A stretch of 64,000 nt of DNA from Laetmonice hystrix. Its lineage: Eukaryota. Positions 52,501-64,000 of the stretch are shown one piece after another. How positions within the stretch are numbered: the stretch's first letter is position 1; each line of letters opens with the position of its first letter. Position numbers and translations under genes: made by a program. Under the pieces are notes generated by a model. The model was not told the DNA's origin and searched no databases. It saw only the letters and a program-made list of their open reading frames with translations. Location of the stretch: assembly GCA_965235115.1 (NCBI GenBank), contig OZ249438.1:30690001-30754000 (forward strand), read 5' to 3'.

Positions 52501-55500
52501 CTCATACATCAATGAAATCGTTTTTTCATGGAGGAGCACCGAGAGAACAGGTCTCTCTCACGTATGTTTTTTACAAAGTGTTTTCTCTGCTTTTCACATT
52601 TATCAGGTCCAAGGCCACAGAATGGGCGAATGTCAGACATTAGTAAATGTTTCCCTTCCCCCCTTTTCTTGACAGAAAGAAGGTGGCGGTGGTCATGACA
52701 TCTGGGGGTTAACCCCCCCCCCCCCACGTAATAATCTGGCACTCTGTGATCACCAAACTTAGTCAAAAAAAAAAGACCAGACATAGAGAAGATAAGTCCC
52801 TCTCTTCTGATTTTTAGTCTGATACCTGAAGCGTATCAGTAGGTAAAACCGAGATTTTAACATCCTCCAAACCACAGGATCGTGTGACAATTATCCTTGG
52901 TCCGAGTCATTGTTTTAGAATTGCTTCCTGACAGGTCTCGTAAGTCTCTTGGACTGTTTACTTAAATACAGTAAAAGTGAAAAATAACATTGTAAATACC
53001 TGTACATTTGCTTCTGTTTACCCTGGGGATGAAGGCTTATAAGGCAGGAAGATGGAAAGGTAAGGCGAGCAAGTAAAAATTGGAGAAAGCTGTGGACCAA
53101 TTCAGGGACAACTGGTCTTTGTGGGCTGCGTTGTATACCTGCGGCTTAAGCTGCTAAAGTGACAGGGAAAAAGCTTTCATCCCCCTCGCCTTTCCCATGA
53201 CATTTCGGGGGCGACACCAATCCATGTTGTTAGAAAGATCAGCTAGCTAGAAAGGCTGAGGTACTCTTCAACAAAACAGTCAGCCCTCTCTATAATGGCA
53301 TGCGCATTTTTTTCCAAATGCTGTCGCGCTCTACACTTTTCCGCATCACTTCAAGGGAGAGGGTTTTGTTATATTTGTCAGTGGGATGATATGATTTTTT
53401 TTCTCCCTAAGTGCTCCTTTGGCATCAGCATGACATTGAAATTTCGAGTGTATAACCAGATCTGTCGCCTAGCAGATTGCTGCGAGAGCTTTGAACAAAA
53501 AAAGGAGACTGTCAAAATTTTCCCACACTTTCCCGAAGCATGTCTGACTCGGGTCTCGTGTCCTGTGTCAGTGGGTTTTTTCGTCAGTTTTATTGTCATA
53601 GCAACAAAGTAAAGCACCTGGGTGCCATTCTCATTTAAATTGTAAATGACACTTCCGTGAGATGAAATGAGTCTTTAATTGGCAGTTAAACCGAGGTAGG
53701 TCAGGAAGGGAATCTAATTTTAAGTGATTTGAATGTAATCATAGGGAGGGGAGAGATGAGTGCCCAGATATGATGAAGATGTTTGGGAGGGGGGAACATC
53801 GGCCCTCATGGCTGTCATGCATAGCTATGTTATCACTCATATACATGGCGAAATTAGTTAAAAACAAGCTGCGTTTCTGTAAGCTATTCTGTGAAATTTC
53901 AATAATATGTAAATGAACAATACAGGATTGGGATCATTGCCAGTAATAAATATCAGAATAGCCCAGATCTTCATATCACTGCAAGTAACAAAATAGAAGT
54001 GCAACTAGTGAGACTGATGCCATTGTTGAGAGAAAGGGCAATGACAACATGAAGCTAACTCATCATGACCACGGCTGGTTATATTACTAGTGCATGTCAT
54101 TATCTGTTAGTAATTGATGCCTTGAACATGTCAACAAGGCTTCCGTTTGATTATGTCCTGAGACGGTCGCCATCCAACCACTAACATTCATGTATTTTTC
54201 GATGGGTTGTTGGGACCACAAGTACTTGCTATATAGTTTGAAATTTGGCCGATAAACTTATCAGAGTTCCTGATGTTCATGATCACTGGTACGTGCATGA
54301 AACGAGATGTAAACATGGTGGGTGTAAGCATGTCTTTTTACCCTGTATTTACCCTTGATATATCACCCCCACCCATACCCGGACCGGAGATTACATGTTA
54401 ACACTCTTGGTGACATTGATATATAATTTCCAGAAAAAAAGATCACTATGGGTGCCCTTCTGAGGCGTTACGGACGGGTATATAACTATCCTCATTAATA
54501 CTGAACAAAAAAGTTAAAAACCTGCGCCTCTGTTTGCATTGCTATGAAATGTGGTTGGTTAAAAAGGGGCGACAAAAAGAGTAGTAGACGGGGTAGTGAA
54601 GCATGGGAGTGACATTTTCCCATGGCGACGGCTGACACTGGGACATGCCGTAGCTGCTCACCATCCATTGTGCCGTGTCAATGCGGTGTCATCATCGGGC
54701 CAGTTGTCAATGTAATTAACCCATTTGGCTAAAGCACTCATGCACGTAACAGCTGACAGCCTGATCTCTCACAAGTTATTTATACAATACTACAAGCAAC
54801 TTAATCTGAAGGCAAGAACAGAAATAAAGACATTCAAGCGCAGAGCATGACTTTATAACTTGAAGACATCAAAGAAAGTTAAGTGATAATTCACTTACTG
54901 TAAGGGGTACCATAGGCTGAAATATAGGCACATATCTAACACGCAGGTATTTCTTAATTTGGCCCCTATTGAAACGAAGGTTGATTATTGATATGTAAAC
55001 CTTTCTCTAGGTACAAGACATCCATAACATTATTCCGTAAAAAGTTAATCCTGACTCATCTCTGACTTTGCCTGCCTCATCTTCAAGCGACAACTTCACC
55101 TTACAGTTAAACCAGGTATTTCATTTCAAGTGCTCATTACAGTTTTCGTGAAACACTGACCTCAGAGCTGAAGTGGAATTCTGCAGGGTGGCATACTTGT
55201 TAACGTAGCCAGCCCAAGATAGGTGGCACAAGGGCCAGCAAATGCAGGCTATTCACCGATAAGCCGTTTTGGCTAAAGAGTGCACATGTGGAGGCCATGT
55301 AAGGTATTCCACGCAGGTAATGAGGGTTGGGGCTCCAGTTACACAGGAAAGGCTTGGACTACTTGGCCAACCATCAACTGACCTATGGTCCTTGAAACTT
55401 CAGCCACTTGTAAACATCTTACAAATTGAACAAGTCTGGCTGAGTCTGACCTTGACCTCTCGGTCAGATCTTCCTTATTCCATGCAGGCTCCCTTGGCCC

Positions 55501-55598
55501 TGGATGATACAAGTTCCAGACCTTGTTTACTATTTCTGCCCTGTATTTTGACCCATTTCAATCATGGATGTTATCACATCAAGACTTCACACTGGTTA

Positions 55599-56395
55599 AG
55601 TCCCAGTCACACCAGAGGTACGACCAACTTCCGACTTCCGACAACCAAAAAAAGCTGCGACCAACGACAACCACTGCCGACCAAAACCCCGAAATCTGCA
55701 AGAAATTTCATTGGGCGATTAGTTGCCGATCGGTTGTACGACAGGTTGCCGGCTGTCATACGACAATTGTCCGATCATCAAGATTTCTGAAGACTGATGA
55801 ACAACCGTTCGTGGGAATGTTGGCAATAGTCGGCGATTTATCGGCGATATTTAACAACTGGTTGCAGATTAGTGGCCGATGTTCGTACGGCGCTCGGCAA
55901 TCTTTTAAAGATTTTAAAGAACGACTGTTCGTGGGAGTGTTGGCAAATGGTCGGTAATTGCTCGGTGAAAAGCGAAGGAATGATTGTCGGCTGCTCCACG
56001 CACTGATTTATACTGTCCTGTCACTTGGTCCGGGAACGGTAGACAAAAGGTCGCCGAGTGGTTGCTGTTGGTTGTTCGGCGAACGTTTGGCGAATGATCG
56101 GCGATCGATCGTGTATTTTTCGCCAATTGGTTGCCAATCTGTTGCTGAAGTTTGCCGACCAAAGACTGCTCGGCAAGAGCCGGCAACTACTGAAGACCAG
56201 TCCGAGAACTGTCGCCCATCCTCTAACAACTGATTAAAGACAAGAAAAACCTTCTCCCGACCAGTTTGCCACTTGCCGGACACTGATAACCTTTTACAGA
56301 CTGCCCAAAACCTCTCTACAACCTCTGACAACCAACTACCGACCAGCGGTTGTCAGAAGTCGGCAGTTGGTCGTACCTGTTGTGTGACTGGGGCG
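55599..56395. mobile_element. PIF/Harbinger-like MITE (~800 bp)
   Basis: Left agtcccagtcacaccagaggtacgaccaacttccgacttccgacaacc versus the reverse complement of the right end acgcccagtcacacaacaggtacgaccaactgccgacttctgacaacc (~48 bp TIR). Flanks are T/A-rich but the TWA TSD is imperfect. The interior is rich in ccgac/gtcgg. Confidence 0.8.
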
Positions 56396-56929
56396 TTACA
56401 ACCACATTCCATAATCTAATAGATGTACAAATCGAAACCTACTGACTGTAAGGACTGTAAGGAAAGCCACAGTTTTAGGGCTTGGGGTGTCATTACCTCA
56501 ATATTTCTTCTCTGATTACATGTACTTAAAAAAACATGGCAAAGCTCCAAAGCCTGCTGTTCTGGAAATCAGGACATCACCAGAATCACGAACTCGCAAG
56601 CAGTAGTCGGTATTAAACGGGATATTCACTAGTTTGGTCGATACTGGCCAAGAAGAGAATACTTCCGCAGTCCTCCTGACTGGCTGATGTGAAATGTAGC
56701 TGAGGATATATAAGAGATTGAAAGTTATCATAGAGACTGACTGAAAAAGTGCGAACTTCTTTTCATTTGTCAGAGTCATTGATTCAGAAACATTTTAGTC
56801 AAAGTGAAAGGCGTCACCTGCCCCCTCCTTATTTCAAATACTAATGATACGTCTATTGTTGCATTGCCAACAAAAGTACTTATACACGCATTTAGAAGTG
56901 TATTACACATATCATTATATCATCTAGAG

Positions 56930-57260
56930 CAGCGGTTCTTAACCTTTTTCTTACCGTTTCCCACTTTGGCCACTACCAGAGCATTATTCCCCCCCCCCCC
57001 GCCCCCCGCCCGACCTTTGGATAGTTATATCGTGGCAAACTTTGGTTTCGAATTTATTATTGTTATACGGTAGGTAGGCCTATACTGCTGATGGTGATAG
57101 TGCTGAACAATCAGACATGAGCAGAAGGAATAAGCAAATTCGCTCAAAGTTTCTAGTTTGTGGCCGTAGGCCACAAACCCGAGGGCATTGGCCTGGGAGG
57201 GGGACGGGGAGGGTCGAGGGAGGGGGCATTCCTCTCCCTTGGTAGGAAAATGAAACTCTT
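56930..57260 (+). mobile_element. One-ended hAT-type (CAGCGGTTCTTAACC) element fragment
   Basis: Starts cagcggttcttaacctttt, which resembles the CAGTGGTTCTCAACC hAT termini. It contains a C-run and a perfect hairpin gtttgtggcc-gta-ggccacaaac (57156-57178). No convincing right TIR was found, so the end coordinate is approximate. Confidence 0.4.
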
Positions 57261-60200
57261 GACATTAATTGAGTGCATTTTGGTGACATTTGAGAGGGAT
57301 ATTAAGGGTATATCACCTAACATGGATTTGGACAAGTTTCACGCTAACGCCCAAGTCAGTTAAAGAATTATGCTAGTAATGTTTTATACCTTCTTACATT
57401 TGAGAGGCTCAATCTGGCCCTGTAGGGGTAATTAGGGCCTAGTTTGTGGCATGAATAATAATAATAAAAAATTCCAGGGGGAAATCCCCTGATCTAGAGA
57501 ATCCATCAGAATGCCAAGCAACTTTCGCTTTGAATACGAGCACACAGATTTCTTTATTAGGAATTTCAGTGTTTCAAACCCTAGAAATGCAAAGTTTGTA
57601 CTGTGGTACTCGAGTTGTGTTGGAGAGCCTGATAGATTTATAGATCCCTCATCAGTGTCTAACACCTGACAAACGGTTTTGAATTCTTTCCTAGTGTTAC
57701 GGCCCAGCCTATGGACATGCAGTGGCTTCTCCGTGTGTGTGTGTGTGTGGTTTGTTTTGGCCCTGAGACATTTACAACAGGTTATGGTCAGCAGATAAAA
57801 AAAACGGGCATGATGGGAAATGGTATCGTGTAGCAGGAAGTGCAGGTAGTGTCGGGGTAGAGCGGTGGCAGTGTCAACACGCAACCGACTGATGGTATGC
57901 ACTTTTCAATTTATAGCCGGCTCCTCTGGCGTCATAACACATTGAGGCAACCTCCAAGGCCGATTCCTGCCTCCTCAGTGTCGTGTTCTACCCTTCCAAC
58001 GCCATTCACAGGCTTATGTCTTAGCTATGAATGCAAACGTGCAGTGAATATCAGGCAGGACAGTTAGCAAAGGCTACATCAATGTATTTCAATTTCTTCA
58101 ACTGGAAAGTTTAAAAGCTTTAATATTTTCATGCGTACACATGGGAATCTTTGTATTCCATCTTATGTAGTAATTTGTCCACAAAAGGCATGAATGTTTC
58201 TGACCCGTTTCGGCGCCTCGAGATTAAACCTTCCCTGACACGGACAGGTAATTTACCCCGCAATGAAATGGAAAAAAGGGGAAGAAAAACCGAAGTTACT
58301 ATTAGAATTGTAAAGCAGTGGTGTTCAAGTCAGACATAAGGGTTTGATCTATGCACTGTCACCCCCTCCAACCTACCCCTTCTGCCATCTCACCCCTGGA
58401 GAATAAGGCTGGCAGTGGGATCACACCGAGCCAGGTCAGACAGTCAACTGCATGACCTTTGGGACATATTTGATCAGGTGGGCCATATTTATGCTGGCCG
58501 ATGAGCTGTGGGTGTGGCCCAGTGAGACCTGCTGCTGGAGCAGGACGGCTGGGGTATCAACAGGTGGGTTGGTGTGATTACTATATGGTCTACATCCCAC
58601 AGGTAGAGGTAGGTCGGGCACGACCACAGGTGTGGTGCTTGTTGTGGGGACCTATGGGCCAGGTAGGTGTAACGCAGCCCTGGATGCGGCAGACGCTTAG
58701 GGAGCGTGGGAACGTGGAGACTCGCGCGGGTAATGGGCCATAACATATTGTTGGAGACTGCCACCTCTCTTTGTAAAGCTATACACTAACTGACGAGTTA
58801 TATACATTCGGCTCCTCTTGAATAAACAACTCACCTGGTGGGTGCTATGATCCCGCGGGGTTCATACAGGGGTATAACCCGAGGAGATCAAGAGTGGTCA
58901 GTTGGTCAGTGAGCCCTGGCTCAGTACTCCACAGCCACGATGGGTAATTCACGTACACATCTAGTATTTAATCCACAAAGTCCTTGTGTTATCACTCCAC
59001 ATGTAACTCGTCGCAAACCTCGATCAGCAAGTAATCCACATACTCGGGTTATCCAGGTGGCAGTATTATGATATAATCCAGTGTGTGTGTGTGTGTGCTA
59101 GGAAGAAATAAAAGAGTGAGTAGAAACTGTGTCGTCGGTGGTTGAGAAGATCACCCAGGATATACTGGTGGTGGTCAGAGATGCTGCCGTATCATCCTCA
59201 GAGGTCTAGACAGAGCGCAGAGTTGGGAGTCGATCAGCTCGTGTTGTGCGTGCCCTGTCCATGCGTGGCCCGTGCCAGGAGCCAGGGGTCAAACGCCCCA
59301 ATGACAGACCCAAACCCACCGGGGAAGGCCACCGCTACTTCACGTGGACTGGCACTGTTATGACAGACAAGACAATGCAATGGCCCTCCAACCTCGTGGT
59401 CTACCGCTAGCACAAGTACAGTTAGTCTTGGCCAATTCACAATGCTAACCGTTCACGCTGTAATTCGTGCCTGCTTCACATTGCTGACAAGAGCCGTAAA
59501 GCCGGCTAACATTTTTCTGCCACAGTGAAATATTAAAGGTCAGACTCAGAGTGTGGGAAAGTTCACGAGTGAGTGCACACACGACATACACACTCTGTCC
59601 CGGCGAAGCGCTCAGTTCCTGCAGGGATCCACACTAGCGCCACCTGGATGTAGATCCCAGGTGGCAGGTGTCCCGTAGACAGGATGAAAGACTGCGCCAA
59701 TTTGCGTGCATGTAACAAGTAGTGGACGAAAAGCAAATACGGCGGTGTGCTGACACCACTGAATAGTGATGGTACGAGTGCTTTTCCCAGCGATCGCCGA
59801 CCGTCCTTAAGCACGCAAGCGGAACGTGCTCGTTGCTTCTCAGGTGTGCTTATTTGCATACGGAACTGGTGGCACTTGGCGACGGCCGCGGCAACAGAGG
59901 AGTTGAGCCTCCTTATAGTTGGCAGCAGCAGTGTGGGAATCGGGCTGAGAAAGTCTGATGATAGGCCGTGTAAAATACATAAAACGATCAGTGGGCCACC
60001 AGGGCATTATCATAATGATCCTTGCCCCGCGGCCAGGTAAGGTAGCGTTGATAGGGCATAGGTGGGAGGTGCGGTGATTCCTGACGAAGGGAATGGGGGA
60101 TGAGGGTTAGGGGCAGGCTGGGTGCAACTAGGCATGACGTGGCTCGTGGACCTCATCAGTCAGACCCCTTGACGGAGGCTGGCGAGGCCGTGCACTGCGT

Positions 60201-60492
60201 CTCACCTGAATGAACGCGTGGGAAAACGCGAGCACGACTGAAGGCTGAGCTACGAGATACAGCAGGGGTATAGAGTACAGACGGGGATAGGTCAGGGTAT
60301 ACACTGTGGACCATATATATATGTCTATGTGCACAGATATTTCACTTTGTTAGTGAGGTGTGAATGGCCCCGGTTACCCGCAGGCCCGTACCGAAGGTCA
60401 ACAGTGGGATCTTATCAGGTGGTCTGAGAGTCGGGTTGTGATCTAAGTAACGGAGTCGAGTCGTCACTCACCCTCCTCACACCTGTAGTCAG

Positions 60493-62375
60493 GGCACCTG
60501 GTAATGAAGTTACCCCTCCCTGCCCCCCAGACCCGGGACATGCTTGTTCTTACTGGCACCTGGTAATGAAGTTACCCTCCCTCTATCTCCCCCCAGACCC
60601 GGGACATGCTTGTTGTTACTGGCACCTGGTAATGAAGTTACCCCTCCCTCTATAGCCCCCCAGACCCGGGACATGCTTGTACCTGGTAATGAAGTTACCC
60701 CGCCCTCTATAGCCCCCCCAGACCCGGGACATGCTTGTTGTTACTGGCACCTGGTAATGAAGTTACCCCTCCCTCTATAGCCCCCCAGACCCGGGACATG
60801 CTTGTACCTGGTAATGAAGTTACCCCGCCCTCTATAGCCCCCCAGACCCGGGACATGCTTGTTCTTACTGGCACCTGGTAATGAAGTTGCCCCTTCTTAC
60901 TGGCACCTGGTAATGAAGTTGCCCCTCCCTCTATAGTCCCCCCAGACCCGGGACATGCTTGTTCTTACTGGCACCTGGTAATGAAGTTACCCCTCCCTCT
61001 ATAGACCCCCAGACACGGGACATGCTTGTTCTTACTGGCACCTGGTAATGAAGTTACCCCTCCCTCTATAGCCCCCCAGACACGGGACATGCTTGTTCTT
61101 ACTGGCACCTGGTAATGAAGTTACCCCTCCCTCTATAGCCCCCCAGACCCGGGACATGCTTGTTCTTACTGGCACCTGGTAATGAAGTTACCCCTCCCTC
61201 TATAGCCCCCCAGACCCGGGACATGCTTGTACCTGGTAATGAAGTTACCCCGCCCTCTATAGCCCCCCAGACCCGGGACATGCTTGTTCTTACTGGCACC
61301 TGGTAATGAAGTTACCCCTCCCTCTATAGCCCCCCAGACCCGGGACATGCTTGTTCTTACTGGCACCTGGTAATGAAGTTACCCCTCCCTCTATAGTCCC
61401 CCCAGACCCGGGACATGCTTGTTCTTACTGGCACCTGGTAATGAAGTTGTCCCTCCCTCTATAGCCCCCCAGACCCGGGACATGCTTGTTCTTACTGGCA
61501 CCTGGTAATGAAGTTACCCCTCCCTCTATAGTCCCCCCAGACCCGGGACATGCTTGTTCTTACTGGCACCTGGTAATGAAGTTGCCCCTCCCTCTATAGC
61601 CCCCCCCCCCCCCGACCCGGGACATGCTTGTTCTTACTGGCACCTGGTAATGAAGTTACCCCTCCCTCTATAGCCCCCCAGACCCGGGAGATGCATGTTC
61701 TTACTGGCACCTGGTAATGAAGTTGCCCCTCCCTCTATAGTCCCCCCAGACCCGGGACATGCTTGTTCTTACTGGCACCTGGTAATGAAGTTACCCCTCC
61801 CTCTATAGCCCCCCAGACACGGGACATGCTTGTTCTTACTGGCACCTGGTAATGAAGTTGCCCCTTCTTACTGGCACCTGGTAATGAAGTTGCCCCTCCC
61901 TCTATAGTCCCCCCAGACCCGGGACATGCTTGTTCTTACTGGCACCTGGTAATGAAGTTACCCCTCCCTCTATAGTCCCCCCAGACCCGGGACATGCTTG
62001 TTCTTACTGGCACCTGGTAATGAAGTTGCCCCTCCCTCTATAGTCCCCCCAGACCCGGGACATGCTTGTTCTTACTGGCACCTGGTAATGAAGTTACCCC
62101 TCCCTCTATAGCCCCCCAGACCCGGGAGATGCTTGTTCTTACTGGCACCTGGTAATGAAGTTGCCCCTCCCTCTATAGTCCCCCCAGACCCGGGACATGC
62201 TTGTTCTTACTGGCACCTGGTAATGAAGTTACCCCTCCCTCTATAGTCCCCCCAGACCCGGGACATGCTTGTTCTTACTGGCACCTGGTAATGAAGTTGC
62301 CCCTCCCTCTATAGTCCCCCCAGACTCGGGACATGCTTGTTGTTACTGGCACCTGGTAATGAATTTACCCCTCCA
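60493..62375. repeat. 67-68 bp minisatellite, ~28-29 units
   Basis: Unit ggcacctggtaatgaagttacccctccctctatagccccccagacccgggacatgcttgttcttact, with 57-bp and ~31-bp deletion variants. Confidence 0.98.
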
Positions 62376-62381
62376 CCTTAA

Positions 62382-62918
62382 AGGGGCATGCTATGGAACA
62401 CGTTTTTGGGGATTTCCGGCAATTATCCAACATGACCGTGTACTAGGGATCCAAGTAAATAATCCTACTACAGCATTTTGTCCTCCGACGTGTTTTCGCT
62501 GCGTATGCAGCACAAGTAGGTTCTATACGACCAAACCCATAGATTTCTCCCGATAGCACATCTCTCGCCATAATTTGATAGACAACCTACCATCAACCCG
62601 TGTACATTTGTGTATTTGCATACTGCGTCACCTCCTGCGTGTGCACTCTCTGCATGTGCTTAGTCACGTGCTTCGTTTAGTTGTAACAATTCATCAATTT
62701 CACTCGATCGTCTGGCATCAGAATGCCACCCAAAAAAATATTTTACGAAATCGGCAGAGAAGCAGGCAAGGGAGCTTCATAAACTTCGATTTCTCACGCA
62801 AAATGAAACTGATAAGTCTGTCTTTGTTTACCAAGCAATTTTAAAGAAGGATCTCTTTATGAAAACAGCAAAAGTTCTTTAAAATACAGATTTTTCACAT
62901 TTCCTCATAATATGCCCT
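62382..62918. mobile_element. Kolobok-like MITE (537 bp), a different family from the 48.7-kb element
   Basis: ttaa|aggggcatgctatgg ... cctcataatatgccct|ttaa gives an imperfect TIR, a TTAA TSD and AGG...CCT ends. Confidence 0.7.
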
Positions 62919-63004
62919 TTAATAATAAATAATATCAGTAACACGTTTCGATTTCTTTCGCTATGAAAGGAAGTTTACAAGTGGTGGGTGTGGTCGGGCC
63001 AAAC

Positions 63005-63558
63005 ACGGGATATAGACAAGACATCTATACAGTGGGTATAGAGTGTGCCACACGTGGATATAGACAAGACATCTCTATACAGTGGGTATAGAGTGTGCCA
63101 CACGTGGATATAGATCTCTATACAGTGGGTATAGAGTGTGCCACACGTGGATATAGATCTCTATACAGTGGGTATAGAGTGTGCCACACGTGGATATAGA
63201 CAAGACATCTATACAGTGGGTATAGAGTGTGCCACACGTGGATATAGACAAGACATCTATACAGTGGGTATAGAGTGTGCCACACGTGGATATAGACAAT
63301 ACATCTATACAGTGGGTATAGAGTGTGCCACACGTGGATATAGACAAGACATCTCTATACAGTGGGTATAGAGTGTACCACACGTGGATATAGACAAGAT
63401 ATCAATACAGTTGGTATAGAGTGTGCCACACGTGGATATAGACAATACATCTATACAGTGGGTATAGAGTGTGCCACACGTGGATATAGACAAGACATCT
63501 ATACAGTGGGTATAGAGTGTGCCACACGTGGATATAGACAAGACATCTATACAGTGGG
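63005..63558. repeat. 48-bp minisatellite, ~11.5 copies (41-50 bp variants)
   Basis: Unit gagtgtgccacacgtggatatagacaagacatctatacagtgggtata. Confidence 0.98.
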
Positions 63559-63690
63559 CAGGGTTTCCTGCAGGCCCTTTTTGGGGGGTAGACCCCCCCC
63601 CATTATTCAGCTACTCCCCCCCCCCAAAAAAAAAAGATTCCCAGGGGGAAATATTTTTCATTACTCCCCCCCCCCCAAACTCGCTGCATT
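63559..63690 (+). mobile_element. 132-bp insert starting with an hAT-type terminus, separating two related arrays
   Basis: Begins cagggtttcctgcagg directly after ...tacagtggg and contains G/C runs. No matching right TIR is present. Confidence 0.45.
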
Positions 63691-63946
63691 GAGGGCGCCA
63701 CACGTGGATATAGACAATACATACAGTGGCCATTGGGTGTAGAGGGCGCCACAGGTGGATATAGACAATACATACAGTGGCCACTGGTTGTAGAGGGCGC
63801 CACACGTGGATATAAACAATACATACAGTGGCCACTGGTTGTAGAGGGCGCCACACGTGGATATAAACAATACATACAGTGGCCATTGGGTGTAGAGGGC
63901 GCCACACGTGGATATAGATAAGACATACAGTGGCCAAGACATCTAC
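63691..63946. repeat. 51-bp minisatellite, 5 copies, related to the 48-bp array
   Basis: Unit gagggcgccacacgtggatatagacaatacatacagtggccattgggtgta. Confidence 0.97.
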
Positions 63947-64000
63947 AGCTTAATGACGATAAGATCACATGTGAACTCGTGATAAGCGCATGCTCGTGAA

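Noticed and set aside
57432-57902. 156-aa minus-strand ORF
   Set aside because: It has a GTG start, spans a (CA)n microsatellite, and has no domain or splice support.

Overview
This is eukaryotic nuclear DNA, most likely intronic or intergenic sequence of an invertebrate animal (inferred from the moderate AT-richness, low ORF density, minisatellites and MITE types). It is not prokaryotic. I could not identify any protein-coding gene, tRNA, rRNA or CRISPR array with confidence. Most long ORFs in the track come from tandem arrays, and the few outside arrays show no domain I recognise. What the sequence supports directly is (i) seven minisatellite regions with 24-74 bp units and several microsatellites, and (ii) about seven non-autonomous TIR elements: two TTAA/AGG Kolobok-like, one hAT-like, one PIF/Harbinger-like, a TA-flanked foldback element built from palindromes, and two palindrome-rich MITEs. 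The most notable pattern is that most arrays lie inside, directly abut, or are split by a TIR element. One array unit also looks like a collapsed copy of a MITE module found 38 kb away. A few minus-strand exon candidates and one promoter-like motif cluster are reported at low confidence. All alignments were done by eye and no database search was run.
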